The translations under genes and the position numbers were made by a program. A stretch of DNA of 64,000 bases. It comes from Macrostomum hystrix (Eukaryota; Animalia; Platyhelminthes). Under the pieces are notes generated by a model. It was not told where the DNA came from. It did no database searches and worked only from the letters and a program-made list of their open reading frames with translations. This document shows, piece after piece, positions 26,801 to 41,800 of this stretch; positions within the stretch are counted from its first letter, which is position 1, and every line of letters begins with the position of its first letter. Location of the stretch: positions 4,650,001 through 4,714,000 of the forward strand of contig CATNEN010000025.1 in the NCBI GenBank assembly GCA_950097015.1. The letters run 5' to 3'.

Positions 26801-29800
26801 TGGAGACACTGAAGTCACACTGACAGTGGAGACAAAGTCACAGGGACAGTGGAGACACTGAAGTCACACTGACAGTGGAGACAAAGTCACAGGGACAGTG
26901 GAGACACTGAAGTCACACTGACAGTGGAGACAAAGTCACAGGGACAGTGGAGACACTGAAGTCACAGGGACAGTGGAGACACTGAAGTCACAGGGACAGT
27001 GGAGACACTGAAGTCACACTGACAGTGGAGACAAAGTCACAGGGACAGTGGAGACACTGAAGTCACACTGACAGTGGAGACAAAGTCACAGGGACAGTGA
27101 AGACACTGAAGTCACACTGACAGTGGAGACAAAGTCACAGGGACAGTGGAGACACTGAAGTCACACTGACAGTGGAGACAAAGTCACAGGGACAGTGAAG
27201 ACACTGAAGTCACACTGACAGTGGAGACAAAGTCACAGGGACAGTGGAGACACTGAAGTCACACTGACAGTGGAGACAAAGTCACAGGGACAGTGGAGAC
27301 ACTGAAGTCACAGGGACAGTGGAGACACTGAAGTCACAGGGACAGTGGAGACACTGAAGTCACAGGGACAGTGGAGACACTGAAGTCACACTGACAGTGG
27401 AGACAAAGTCACAGGGACAGTGGAGACACTGAAGTCACAGGGACAGTGGAGACAAAGTCACAGGGACAGTGGAGACACTGAAGTCACACTGACAGTGGAG
27501 ACAAAGTCACAGGGACAGTGGAGACACTGAAGTCACAGGGACAGTGGAGACACTGAAGTCACACTGACAGTGGAGACAAAGTCACAGGGACAGTGGAGAC
27601 ACTGAAGTCACACTGACAGTGGAGACAAAGTCACAGGGACAGTGGAGACACTGAAGTCACAGGGACAGTGGAGACACTGAAGTCACACTGACAGTGGAGA
27701 CACTGAAGTCACAGGGAAAGTGGAGACACTGAAGTCACAGGGACAGTGGAGACACTGAAGTCACACTGACAGTGGAGACAAAGTCACAGGGACAGTGGAG
27801 ACACTGAAGTCACACTGACAGTGGAGACAAAGTCACAGGGACAGTGGAGACACTGAAGTCACAGGGACAGTGGAGACACTGAAGTCACACTGACAGTGGA
27901 GACACTGAAGTCACAGGGAAAGTGGAGACACTGAAGTCACACTGACAGTGGAGACAAAGTCACAGGGACAGTGAAGACACTGAAGTCACGCTGACAGTGG
28001 AGACAAAGTCACAGGGACAGTGGAGACACTGAAGTCACAGGGACAGTGGAGACACTGAAGTCACACTGACAGTGGAGACAAAGTCACAGGGACAGTGGAG
28101 ACACTGAAGTCACAGGGACAGTGGAGACACTGAAGTCACACTGACAGTGGAGACAAAGTCAGAGGGACAGTGGAGACACTGAAGTCACACTGACAGTGGA
28201 GACAAAGTCACAGGGACAGTGGAGACACTGAAGTCACAGGGACAGTGGAGACACTGAAGTCACAGGGACAGTGGAGACACTGAAATCACAGGGACAGTGG
28301 AGACACTGAAGTCACAGGGACAGTGGAGACACTGAAGTCACAGGGACAGTGGAGACACTGAAGTCACAGGGACAGTGGAGACACTGAAGTCACAGGGAAA
28401 GTGAAGACACTGAAGTCACAGGGACAGTGGAGACACTGAAGTCACAGGGACAGTGGAGACACTGAAGTCACAGGGAAAGTGAAGACACTGAAGTCACAGG
28501 GACAGTGGAGACACTGAAGTCACAGGGAAAGTGAAGACACTGAAGTCACAGGGACAGTGGAGACACTGAAGTCACAGGGACAGTGGAGACACTGAAGTCA
28601 CACTGACAGTGGAGACAAAGTCACAGGGACAGTGGAGACACTGAAGTCACACTGACAGTGGAGACAAAGTCACAGGGACAGTGGAGACACTGAAGTCACA
28701 CTGACAGTGGAGACAAAGTCACAGGGACAGTGGAGACACTGAAGTCACAGGGACAGTGGAGACACTGAAGTCACAGGGACAGTGGAGACACTGAAGTCAC
28801 AGGGACAGTGGAGACACTGAAGTCACAGGGACAGTGGAGACACTGAAGTCACAGGGACAGTGGAGACACTGAAGTCACACTGACAGTGGAGACAAAGTCA
28901 CAGGGACAGTGGAGACACTGAAGTCACAGGGACAGTGGAGACACTGAAGTCACAGGGACAGTGGAGACACTGAAGTCACACTGACAGTGGAGACACTGAA
29001 GTCACACTGACAGTGGAGACACTGAAGTCACACTGACAGTGGAGACACTGAAGTCACACTGACAGTGGAGACACTGAAGTCACACTGACAGTGGAGACAA
29101 AGTCACAGGGACAGTGGAGACACTGAAGTCACAGGGACAGTGGAGACACTGAAGTCACACTGACAGTGGAGACAAAGTCACAGGGACAGTGGAGACACTG
29201 AAGTCACACTGACAGTGGAGACACTGAAGTCACACTGACAGTGGAGACAAAGTCACAGGGACAGTGGAGACACTGAAGTCACACTGACAGTGGAGACAAA
29301 GTCACAGGGACAGTGGAGACACTGAAGTCACACTGACAGTGGAGACAAAGTCACAGGGACAGTGGAGACACTGAAGTCACACTGACAGTGGAGACAAAGT
29401 CACAGGGACAGTGGAGACACTGAAGTCACACTGACAGTGGAGACAAAGTCACAGGGACAGTGGAGACACTGAAGTCACAGGGACAGTGGAGACACTGAAG
29501 TCACAGGGACAGTGGAGACACTGAAGTCACAGGGACAGTGGAGACACTGAAGTCACACTGACAGTGGAGACAAAGTCACAGGGACAGTGGAGACACTGAA
29601 GTCACAGGGACAGTGGAGACACTGAAGTCACAGGGACAGTGGAGACACTGAAGTCACACTGACAGTGGAGACACTGAAGTCACACTGACAGTGGAGACAC
29701 TGAAGTCACACTGACAGTGGAGACACTGAAGTCACACTGACAGTGGAGACACTGAAGTCACACTGACAGTGGAGACACTGAAGTCACACTGACAGTGGAG

Positions 29801-32800
29801 ACAAAGTCACAGGGACAGTGGAGACACTGAAGTCACAGGGACAGTGGAGACACTGAAGTCACACTGACAGTGGAGACAAAGTCACAGGGACAGTGGAGAC
29901 ACTGAAGTCACAGGGACAGTGGAGACACTGAAGTCACACTGACAGTGGAGACACTGAAGTCACACTGACAGTGGAGACACTGAAGTCACACTGACAGTGG
30001 AGACAAAGTCACAGGGACAGTGGAGACACTGAAGTCACACTGACAGTGGAGACAAAGTCACAGGGACAGTGGAGACACTGAAGTCACACTGACAGTGGAG
30101 ACAAAGTCACAGGGACAGTGGAGACACTGAAGTCACACTGACAGTGGAGACAAAGTCACAGGGACAGTGGAGACACTGAAGTCACACTGACAGTGGAGAC
30201 AAAGTCACAGGGACAGTGGAGACACTGAAGTCACAGGGACAGTGGAGACACTGAAGTCACAGGGACAGTGGAGACACTGAAGTCACAGGGACAGTGGAGA
30301 CACTGAAGTCACACTGACAGTGGAGACAAAGTCACAGGGACAGTGGAGACACTGAAGTCACAGGGACAGTGGAGACACTGAAGTCACAGGGACAGTGGAG
30401 ACACTGAAGTCACAGGGACAGTGGAGACACTGAAGTCACAGGGACAGTGGAGACACTGAAGTCACACTGACAGTGGAGACAAAGTCACAGGGACAGTGGA
30501 GACACTGAAGTCACAGGGACAGTGGAGACACTGAAGTCACAGGGACAGTGGAGACACTGAAGTCACAGGGACAGTGGAGACACTGAAGTCACAGGGACAG
30601 TGGAGACACTGAAGTCACAGGGACAGTGGAGACACTGAAGTCACAGGGACAGTGGAGACACTGAAGTCACAGGGACAGTGGAGACACTGAAGTCACACTG
30701 ACAGTGGAGACAAAGTCACAGGGACAGTGGAGACACTGAAGTCACACTGACAGTGGAGACAAAGTCACAGGGACAGTGGAGACACTGAAGTCACACTGAC
30801 AGTGGAGACAAAGTCACAGGGACAGTGGAGACACTGAAGTCACAGGGACAGTGGAGACACTGAAGTCACAGGGACAGTGGAGACACTGAAGTCACAGGGA
30901 CAGTGGAGACACTGAAGTCACAGGGACAGTGGAGACACTGAAGTCACAGGGACAGTGGAGACACTGAAGTCACACTGACAGTGGAGACAAAGTCACAGGG
31001 ACAGTGGAGACACTGAAGTCACAGGGACAGTGGAGACACTGAAGTCACAGGGACAGTGGAGACACTGAAGTCACAGGGACAGTGGAGACACTGAAGTCAC
31101 ACTGACAGTGGAGACAAAGTCACAGGGACAGTGGAGACACTGAAGTCACAGGGACAGTGGAGACACTGAAGTCACAGGGACAGTGGAGACACTGAAATCA
31201 CAGGGACAGTGGAGACACTGAAGTCACAGGGACAGTGGAGACACTGAAGTCACAGGGACAGTGGAGACACTGAAGTCACACTGACAGTGGAGACAAAGTC
31301 ACAGGGACAGTGGAGACACTGAAGTCACACTGACAGTGGAGACAAAGTCACAGGGACAGTGGAGACACTGAAGTCACACTGACAGTGGAGACAAAGTCAC
31401 AGGGACAGTGGAGACACTGAAGTCACACTGACAGTGGAGACAAAGTCACAGGGACAGTGGAGACACTGAAGTCACAGGGACAGTGGAGACACTGAAGTCA
31501 CAGGGACAGTGGAGACACTGAAGTCACACTGACAGTGGAGACAAAGTCACAGGGACAGTGGAGACACTGAAGTCACACTGACAGTGGAGACAAAGTCACA
31601 GGGACAGTGAAGACACTGAAGTCACACTGACAGTGGAGACAAAGTCACAGGGACAGTGGAGACACTGAAGTCACACTGACAGTGGAGACAAAGTCACAGG
31701 GACAGTGAAGACACTGAAGTCACACTGACAGTGGAGACAAAGTCACAGGGACAGTGGAGACACTGAAGTCACACTGACAGTGGAGACAAAGTCACAGGGA
31801 CAGTGGAGACACTGAAGTCACAGGGACAGTGGAGACACTGAAGTCACAGGGACAGTGGAGACACTGAAGTCACAGGGACAGTGGAGACACTGAAGTCACA
31901 CTGACAGTGGAGACAAAGTCACAGGGACAGTGGAGACACTGAAGTCACAGGGACAGTGGAGACAAAGTCACAGGGACAGTGGAGACACTGAAGTCACACT
32001 GACAGTGGAGACAAAGTCACAGGGACAGTGGAGACACTGAAGTCACAGGGACAGTGGAGACACTGAAGTCACACTGACAGTGGAGACAAAGTCACAGGGA
32101 CAGTGGAGACACTGAAGTCACACTGACAGTGGAGACAAAGTCACAGGGACAGTGGAGACACTGAAGTCACAGGGACAGTGGAGACACTGAAGTCACACTG
32201 ACAGTGGAGACACTGAAGTCACAGGGAAAGTGGAGACACTGAAGTCACAGGGACAGTGGAGACACTGAAGTCACACTGACAGTGGAGACAAAGTCACAGG
32301 GACAGTGGAGACACTGAAGTCACACTGACAGTGGAGACAAAGTCACAGGGACAGTGGAGACACTGAAGTCACAGGGACAGTGGAGACACTGAAGTCACAC
32401 TGACAGTGGAGACACTGAAGTCACAGGGAAAGTGGAGACACTGAAGTCACACTGACAGTGGAGACAAAGTCACAGGGACAGTGAAGACACTGAAGTCACG
32501 CTGACAGTGGAGACAAAGTCACAGGGACAGTGGAGACACTGAAGTCACAGGGACAGTGGAGACACTGAAGTCACACTGACAGTGGAGACAAAGTCACAGG
32601 GACAGTGGAGACACTGAAGTCACAGGGACAGTGGAGACACTGAAGTCACACTGACAGTGGAGACAAAGTCAGAGGGACAGTGGAGACACTGAAGTCACAC
32701 TGACAGTGGAGACAAAGTCACAGGGACAGTGGAGACACTGAAGTCACAGGGACAGTGGAGACACTGAAATCACAGGGACAGTGGAGACACTGAAGTCACA

Positions 32801-35800
32801 GGGACAGTGGAGACACTGAAGTCACAGGGACAGTGGAGACACTGAAGTCACAGGGACAGTGGAGACACTGAAGTCACAGGGAAAGTGAAGACACTGAAGT
32901 CACAGGGACAGTGGAGACACTGAAGTCACAGGGACAGTGGAGACACTGAAGTCACAGGGAAAGTGAAGACACTGAAGTCACAGGGACAGTGGAGACACTG
33001 AAGTCACAGGGAAAGTGAAGACACTGAAGTCACAGGGACAGTGGAGACACTGAAGTCACAGGGACAGTGGAGACACTGAAGTCACACTGACAGTGGAGAC
33101 AAAGTCACAGGGACAGTGGAGACACTGAAGTCACACTGACAGTGGAGACAAAGTCACAGGGACAGTGGAGACACTGAAGTCACACTGACAGTGGAGACAA
33201 AGTCACAGGGACAGTGGAGACACTGAAGTCACAGGGACAGTGGAGACACTGAAGTCACAGGGACAGTGGAGACACTGAAGTCACAGGGACAGTGGAGACA
33301 CTGAAGTCACAGGGACAGTGGAGACACTGAAGTCACAGGGACAGTGGAGACACTGAAGTCACACTGACAGTGGAGACAAAGTCACAGGGACAGTGGAGAC
33401 ACTGAAGTCACAGGGACAGTGGAGACACTGAAGTCACAGGGACAGTGGAGACACTGAAGTCACACTGACAGTGGAGACACTGAAGTCACACTGACAGTGG
33501 AGACACTGAAGTCACACTGACAGTGGAGACACTGAAGTCACACTGACAGTGGAGACACTGAAGTCACACTGACAGTGGAGACAAAGTCACAGGGACAGTG
33601 GAGACACTGAAGTCACAGGGACAGTGGAGACACTGAAGTCACACTGACAGTGGAGACAAAGTCACAGGGACAGTGGAGACACTGAAGTCACACTGACAGT
33701 GGAGACACTGAAGTCACACTGACAGTGGAGACAAAGTCACAGGGACAGTGGAGACACTGAAGTCACACTGACAGTGGAGACAAAGTCACAGGGACAGTGG
33801 AGACACTGAAGTCACACTGACAGTGGAGACAAAGTCACAGGGACAGTGGAGACACTGAAGTCACACTGACAGTGGAGACAAAGTCACAGGGACAGTGGAG
33901 ACACTGAAGTCACACTGACAGTGGAGACAAAGTCACAGGGACAGTGGAGACACTGAAGTCACAGGGACAGTGGAGACACTGAAGTCACAGGGACAGTGGA
34001 GACACTGAAGTCACAGGGACAGTGGAGACACTGAAGTCACACTGACAGTGGAGACAAAGTCACAGGGACAGTGGAGACACTGAAGTCACAGGGACAGTGG
34101 AGACACTGAAGTCACAGGGACAGTGGAGACACTGAAGTCACACTGACAGTGGAGACACTGAAGTCACACTGACAGTGGAGACACTGAAGTCACACTGACA
34201 GTGGAGACACTGAAGTCACACTGACAGTGGAGACACTGAAGTCACACTGACAGTGGAGACACTGAAGTCACACTGACAGTGGAGACAAAGTCACAGGGAC
34301 AGTGGAGACACTGAAGTCACAGGGACAGTGGAGACACTGAAGTCACACTGACAGTGGAGACAAAGTCACAGGGACAGTGGAGACACTGAAGTCACAGGGA
34401 CAGTGGAGACACTGAAGTCACACTGACAGTGGAGACACTGAAGTCACACTGACAGTGGAGACACTGAAGTCACACTGACAGTGGAGACAAAGTCACAGGG
34501 ACAGTGGAGACACTGAAGTCACACTGACAGTGGAGACAAAGTCACAGGGACAGTGGAGACACTGAAGTCACACTGACAGTGGAGACAAAGTCACAGGGAC
34601 AGTGGAGACACTGAAGTCACACTGACAGTGGAGACAAAGTCACAGGGACAGTGGAGACACTGAAGTCACACTGACAGTGGAGACAAAGTCACAGGGACAG
34701 TGGAGACACTGAAGTCACAGGGACAGTGGAGACACTGAAGTCACAGGGACAGTGGAGACACTGAAGTCACAGGGACAGTGGAGACACTGAAGTCACACTG
34801 ACAGTGGAGACAAAGTCACAGGGACAGTGGAGACACTGAAGTCACAGGGACAGTGGAGACACTGAAGTCACAGGGACAGTGGAGACACTGAAGTCACAGG
34901 GACAGTGGAGACACTGAAGTCACAGGGACAGTGGAGACACTGAAGTCACACTGACAGTGGAGACAAAGTCACAGGGACAGTGGAGACACTGAAGTCACAG
35001 GGACAGTGGAGACACTGAAGTCACAGGGACAGTGGAGACACTGAAGTCACAGGGACAGTGGAGACACTGAAGTCACAGGGACAGTGGAGACACTGAAGTC
35101 ACACTGACAGTGGAGACAAAGTCACAGGGACAGTGAAGACACTGAAGTCACTCTGACAGTGGAGACACTGAAGTCACAGGGAAAGTGGAGACACTGAAGT
35201 CACACTGACAGTGGAGACAAAGTCACAGGGACAGTGAAGACACTGAAGTCACTCTGACAGTGGAGACAAAGTCACAGGGACAGTGGAGACACTGAAGTCA
35301 CAGGGACAGTGGAGACACTGAAGTCACACTGACAGTGGAGACAAAGTCACAGGGACAGTGGAGACACTGAAGTCACAGGGACAGTGGAGACACTGAAGTC
35401 ACACTGACAGTGGAGACAAAGTCACAGGGACAGTGGAGACACTGAAGTCACACTGACAGTGGAGACAAAGTCACAGGGACAGTGGAGACACTGAAGTCAC
35501 AGGGACAGTGGAGACACTGAAGTCACAGGGACAGTGGAGACACTGAAATCACAGGGACAGTGGAGACACTGAAGTCACAGGGACAGTGGAGACACTGAAG
35601 TCACAGGGACAGTGGAGACACTGAAGTCACAGGGACAGTGGAGACACTGAAGTCACAGGGAAAGTGAAGACACTGAAGTCACAGGGACAGTGGAGACACT
35701 GAAGTCACAGGGACAGTGGAGACACTGAAGTCACAGGGAAAGTGAAGACACTGAAGTCACAGGGACAGTGGAGACACTGAAGTCACAGGGAAAGTGAAGA

Positions 35801-38800
35801 CACTGAAGTCACAGGGACAGTGGAGACACTGAAGTCACAGGGACAGTGGAGACACTGAAGTCACACTGACAGTGGAGACAAAGTCACAGGGACAGTGGAG
35901 ACACTGAAGTCACACTGACAGTGGAGACAAAGTCACAGGGACAGTGGAGACACTGAAGTCACACTGACAGTGGAGACAAAGTCACAGGGACAGTGGAGAC
36001 ACTGAAGTCACAGGGACAGTGGAGACACTGAAGTCACAGGGACAGTGGAGACACTGAAGTCACAGGGACAGTGGAGACACTGAAGTCACAGGGACAGTGG
36101 AGACACTGAAGTCACAGGGACAGTGGAGACACTGAAGTCACACTGACAGTGGAGACAAAGTCACAGGGACAGTGGAGACACTGAAGTCACAGGGACAGTG
36201 GAGACACTGAAGTCACAGGGACAGTGGAGACACTGAAGTCACAGGGACAGTGGAGACACTGAAGTCACACTGACAGTGGAGACAAAGTCACAGGGACAGT
36301 GGAGACACTGAAGTCACAGGGACAGTGGAGACACTGAAGTCACAGGGACAGTGGAGACACTGAAATCACAGGGACAGTGGAGACACTGAAGTCACAGGGA
36401 CAGTGGAGACACTGAAGTCACAGGGACAGTGGAGACACTGAAGTCACACTGACAGTGGAGACAAAGTCACAGGGACAGTGGAGACACTGAAGTCACACTG
36501 ACAGTGGAGACAAAGTCACAGGGACAGTGGAGACACTGAAGTCACACTGACAGTGGAGACAAAGTCACAGGGACAGTGGAGACACTGAAGTCACACTGAC
36601 AGTGGAGTCAAAGTCACAGGGACAGTGGAGACACTGAAGTCACAGGGACAGTGGAGACACTGAAGTCACAGGGACAGTGGAGACACTGAAGTCACACTGA
36701 CAGTGGAGACAAAGTCACAGGGACAGTGGAGACACTGAAGTCACACTGACAGTGGAGACAAAGTCACAGGGACAGTGAAGACACTGAAGTCACACTGACA
36801 GTGGAGACAAAGTCACAGGGACAGTGGAGACACTGAAGTCACACTGACAGTGGAGACAAAGTCACAGGGACAGTGAAGACACTGAAGTCACACTGACAGT
36901 GGAGACAAAGTCACAGGGACAGTGGAGACACTGAAGTCACACTGACAGTGGAGACAAAGTCACAGGGACAGTGGAGACACTGAAGTCACAGGGACAGTGG
37001 AGACACTGAAGTCACAGGGACAGTGGAGACACTGAAGTCACAGGGACAGTGGAGACACTGAAGTCACACTGACAGTGGAGACAAAGTCACAGGGACAGTG
37101 GAGACACTGAAGTCACAGGGACAGTGGAGACAAAGTCACAGGGACAGTGGAGACACTGAAGTCACACTGACAGTGGAGACAAAGTCACAGGGACAGTGGA
37201 GACACTGAAGTCACAGGGACAGTGGAGACACTGAAGTCACACTGACAGTGGAGACAAAGTCACAGGGACAGTGGAGACACTGAAGTCACACTGACAGTGG
37301 AGACAAAGTCACAGGGACAGTGGAGACACTGAAGTCACAGGGACAGTGGAGACACTGAAGTCACACTGACAGTGGAGACACTGAAGTCACAGGGAAAGTG
37401 GAGACACTGAAGTCACAGGGACAGTGGAGACACTGAAGTCACACTGACAGTGGAGACAAAGTCACAGGGACAGTGGAGACACTGAAGTCACACTGACAGT
37501 GGAGACAAAGTCACAGGGACAGTTGAGACACTGAAGTCACAGGGACAGTGGAGACACTGAAGTCACACTGACAGTGGAGACACTGAAGTCACAGGGAAAG
37601 TGGAGACACTGAAGTCACACTGACAGTGGAGACACTGAAGTCACAGGGACAGTGAAGACACTGAAGTCACGCTGACAGTGGAGACAAAGTCACAGGGACA
37701 GTGGAGACACTGAAGTCACAGGGACAGTGGAGACACTGAAGTCACACTGACAGTGGAGACAAAGTCACAGGGACAGTGGAGACACTGAAGTCACAGGGAC
37801 AGTGGAGACACTGAAGTCACACTGACAGTGGAGACAAAGTCACAGGGACAGTGGAGACACTGAAGTCACACTGACAGTGGAGACAAAGTCACAGGGACAG
37901 TGGAGACACTGAAGTCACAGGGACAGTGGAGACACTGAAGTCACAGGGACAGTGGAGACACTGAAATCACAGGGACAGTGGAGACACTGAAGTCACAGGG
38001 ACAGTGGAGACACTGAAGTCACAGGGACAGTGGAGACACTGAAGTCACAGGGACAGTGGAGACACTGAAGTCACAGGGAAAGTGAAGACACTGAAGTCAC
38101 AGGGACAGTGGAGACACTGAAGTCACAGGGACAGTGGAGACACTGAAGTCACACTGACAGTGGAGACAAAGTCACAGGGACAGTGGAGACACTGAAGTCA
38201 TAGGGACAGTGGAGACACTGAAGTCACAGGGACAGTGGAGACACTGAAGTCACACTGACAGTGGAGACACTGAAGTCACACTGACAGTGGAGACACTGAA
38301 GTCACACTGACAGTGGAGACACTGAAGTCACACTGACAGTGGAGACACTGAAGTCACACTGACAGTGGAGACAAAGTCACAGGGACAGTGGAGACACTGA
38401 AGTCACAGGGACAGTGGAGACACTGAAGTCACACTGACAGTGGAGACAAAGTCACAGGGACAGTGGAGACACTGAAGTCACACTGACAGTGGAGACACTG
38501 AAGTCACACTGACAGTGGAGACACTGAAGTCACACTGACAGTGGAGACAAAGTCACAGGGACAGTGGAGACACTGAAGTCACACTGACAGTGGAGACAAA
38601 GTCACAGGGACAGTGGAGACACTGAAGTCACAGGGACAGTGGAGACACTGAAGTCACAGGGACAGTGGAGACACTGAAGTCACAGGGACAGTGGAGACAC
38701 TGAAGTCACACTGACAGTGGAGACAAAGTCACAGGGACAGTGGAGACACTGAAGTCACAGGGACAGTGGAGACACTGAAGTCACAGGGACAGTGGAGACA

Positions 38801-41800
38801 CTGAAGTCACAGGGACAGTGGAGACACTGAAGTCACAGGGACAGTGGAGACACTGAAGTCACACTGACAGTGGAGACAAAGTCACAGGGACAGTGGAGAC
38901 ACTGAAGTCACAGGGACAGTGGAGACACTGAAGTCACAGGGACAGTGGAGACACTGAAGTCACAGGGACAGTGGAGACACTGAAGTCACAGGGACAGTGG
39001 AGACACTGAAGTCACACTGACAGTGGAGACAAAGTCACAGGGACAGTGGAGACACTGAAGTCACAGGGACAGTGGAGACACTGAAGTCACAGGGACAGTG
39101 GAGACACTGAAGTCACAGGGACAGTGGAGACACTGAAGTCACAGGGACAGTGGAGACACTGAAGTCACAGGGACAGTGGAGACACTGAAGTCACAGGGAC
39201 AGTGGAGACACTGAAGTCACAGGGACAGTGGAGACACTGAAGTCACACTGACAGTGGAGACAAAGTCACAGGGACAGTGGAGACACTGAAGTCATAGGGA
39301 CAGTGGAGACACTGAAGTCACAGGGACAGTGGAGACACTGAAGTCACACTGACAGTGGAGACACTGAAGTCACACTGACAGTGGAGACACTGAAGTCACA
39401 CTGACAGTGGAGACACTGAAGTCACACTGACAGTGGAGACACTGAAGTCACACTGACAGTGGAGACAAAGTCACAGGGACAGTGGAGACACTGAAGTCAC
39501 AGGGACAGTGGAGACACTGAAGTCACACTGACAGTGGAGACAAAGTCACAGGGACAGTGGAGACACTGAAGTCACACTGACAGTGGAGACACTGAAGTCA
39601 CACTGACAGTGGAGACACTGAAGTCACACTGACAGTGGAGACAAAGTCACAGGGACAGTGGAGACACTGAAGTCACACTGACAGTGGAGACAAAGTCACA
39701 GGGACAGTGGAGACACTGAAGTCACACTGACAGTGGAGACAAAGTCACAGGGACAGTGGAGACACTGAAGTCACACTGACAGTGGAGACAAAGTCACAGG
39801 GACAGTGGAGACACTGAAGTCACACTGACAGTGGAGACAAAGTCACAGGGACAGTGGAGACACTGAAGTCACAGGGACAGTGGAGACACTGAAGTCACAG
39901 GGACAGTGGAGACACTGAAGTCACAGGGACAGTGGAGACACTGAAGTCACACTGACAGTGGAGACAAAGTCACAGGGACAGTGGAGACACTGAAGTCACA
40001 GGGACAGTGGAGACACTGAAGTCACAGGGACAGTGGAGACACTGAAGTCACACTGACAGTGGAGACACTGAAGTCACACTGACAGTGGAGACACTGAAGT
40101 CACACTGACAGTGGAGACACTGAAGTCACACTGACAGTGGAGACAAAGTCACAGGGACAGTGGAGACACTGAAGTCACAGGGACAGTGGAGACACTGAAG
40201 TCACAGGGACAGTGGAGACACTGAAGTCACAGGGACAGTGGAGACACTGAAGTCACACTGACAGTGGAGACAAAGTCACAGGGACAGTGGAGACACTGAA
40301 GTCACAGGGACAGTGGAGACACTGAAGTCACAGGGACAGTGGAGACACTGAAGTCACACTGACAGTGGAGACACTGAAGTCACACTGACAGTGGAGACAA
40401 AGTCACAGGGACAGTGGAGACACTGAAGTCACACTGACAGTGGAGACAAAGTCACAGGGACAGTGGAGACACTGAAGTCACACTGACAGTGGAGACAAAG
40501 TCACAGGGACAGTGGAGACACTGAAGTCACACTGACAGTGGAGACAAAGTCACAGGGACAGTGGAGACACTGAAGTCACACTGACAGTGGAGACAAAGTC
40601 ACAGGGACAGTGGAGACACTGAAGTCACAGGGACAGTGGAGACACTGAAGTCACAGGGACAGTGGAGACACTGAAGTCACAGGGACAGTGGAGACACTGA
40701 AGTCACACTGACAGTGGAGACAAAGTCACAGGGACAGTGGAGACACTGAAGTCACAGGGACAGTGGAGACACTGAAGTCACAGGGACAGTGGAGACACTG
40801 AAGTCACAGGGACAGTGGAGACACTGAAGTCACAGGGACAGTGGAGACACTGAAGTCACACTGACAGTGGAGACAAAGTCACAGGGACAGTGGAGACACT
40901 GAAGTCACAGGGACAGTGGAGACACTGAAGTCACAGGGACAGTGGAGACACTGAAGTCACAGGGACAGTGGAGACACTGAAGTCACAGGGACAGTGGAGA
41001 CACTGAAGTCACACTGACAGTGGAGACAAAGTCACAGGGACAGTGGAGACACTGAAGTCACACTGACAGTGGAGACAAAGTCACAGGGACAGTGGAGACA
41101 CTGAAGTCACACTGACAGTGGAGACAAAGTCACAGGGACAGTGGAGACACTGAAGTCACACTGACAGTGGAGACAAAGTCACAGGGACAGTGGAGACACT
41201 GAAGTCACACTGACAGTGGAGACAAAGTCACAGGGACAGTGGAGACACTGAAGTCACACTGACAGTGGAGACAAAGTCACAGGGACAGTGGAGACACTGA
41301 AGTCACAGGGACAGTGGAGACACTGAAGTCACAGGGACAGTGGAGACACTGAAGTCACAGGGACAGTGGAGACACTGAAGTCACAGGGACAGTGGAGACA
41401 CTGAAGTCACAGGGACAGTGGAGACACTGAAGTCACACTGACAGTGGAGACAAAGTCACAGGGACAGTGGAGACACTGAAGTCACAGGGACAGTGGAGAC
41501 ACTGAAGTCACAGGGACAGTGGAGACACTGAAGTCACAGGGACAGTGGAGACACTGAAGTCACACTGACAGTGGAGACAAAGTCACAGGGACAGTGGAGA
41601 CACTGAAGTCACAGGGACAGTGGAGACACTGAAGTCACAGGGACAGTGGAGACACTGAAATCACAGGGACAGTGGAGACACTGAAGTCACAGGGACAGTG
41701 GAGACACTGAAGTCACAGGGACAGTGGAGACACTGAAGTCACACTGACAGTGGAGACAAAGTCACAGGGACAGTGGAGACACTGAAGTCACACTGACAGT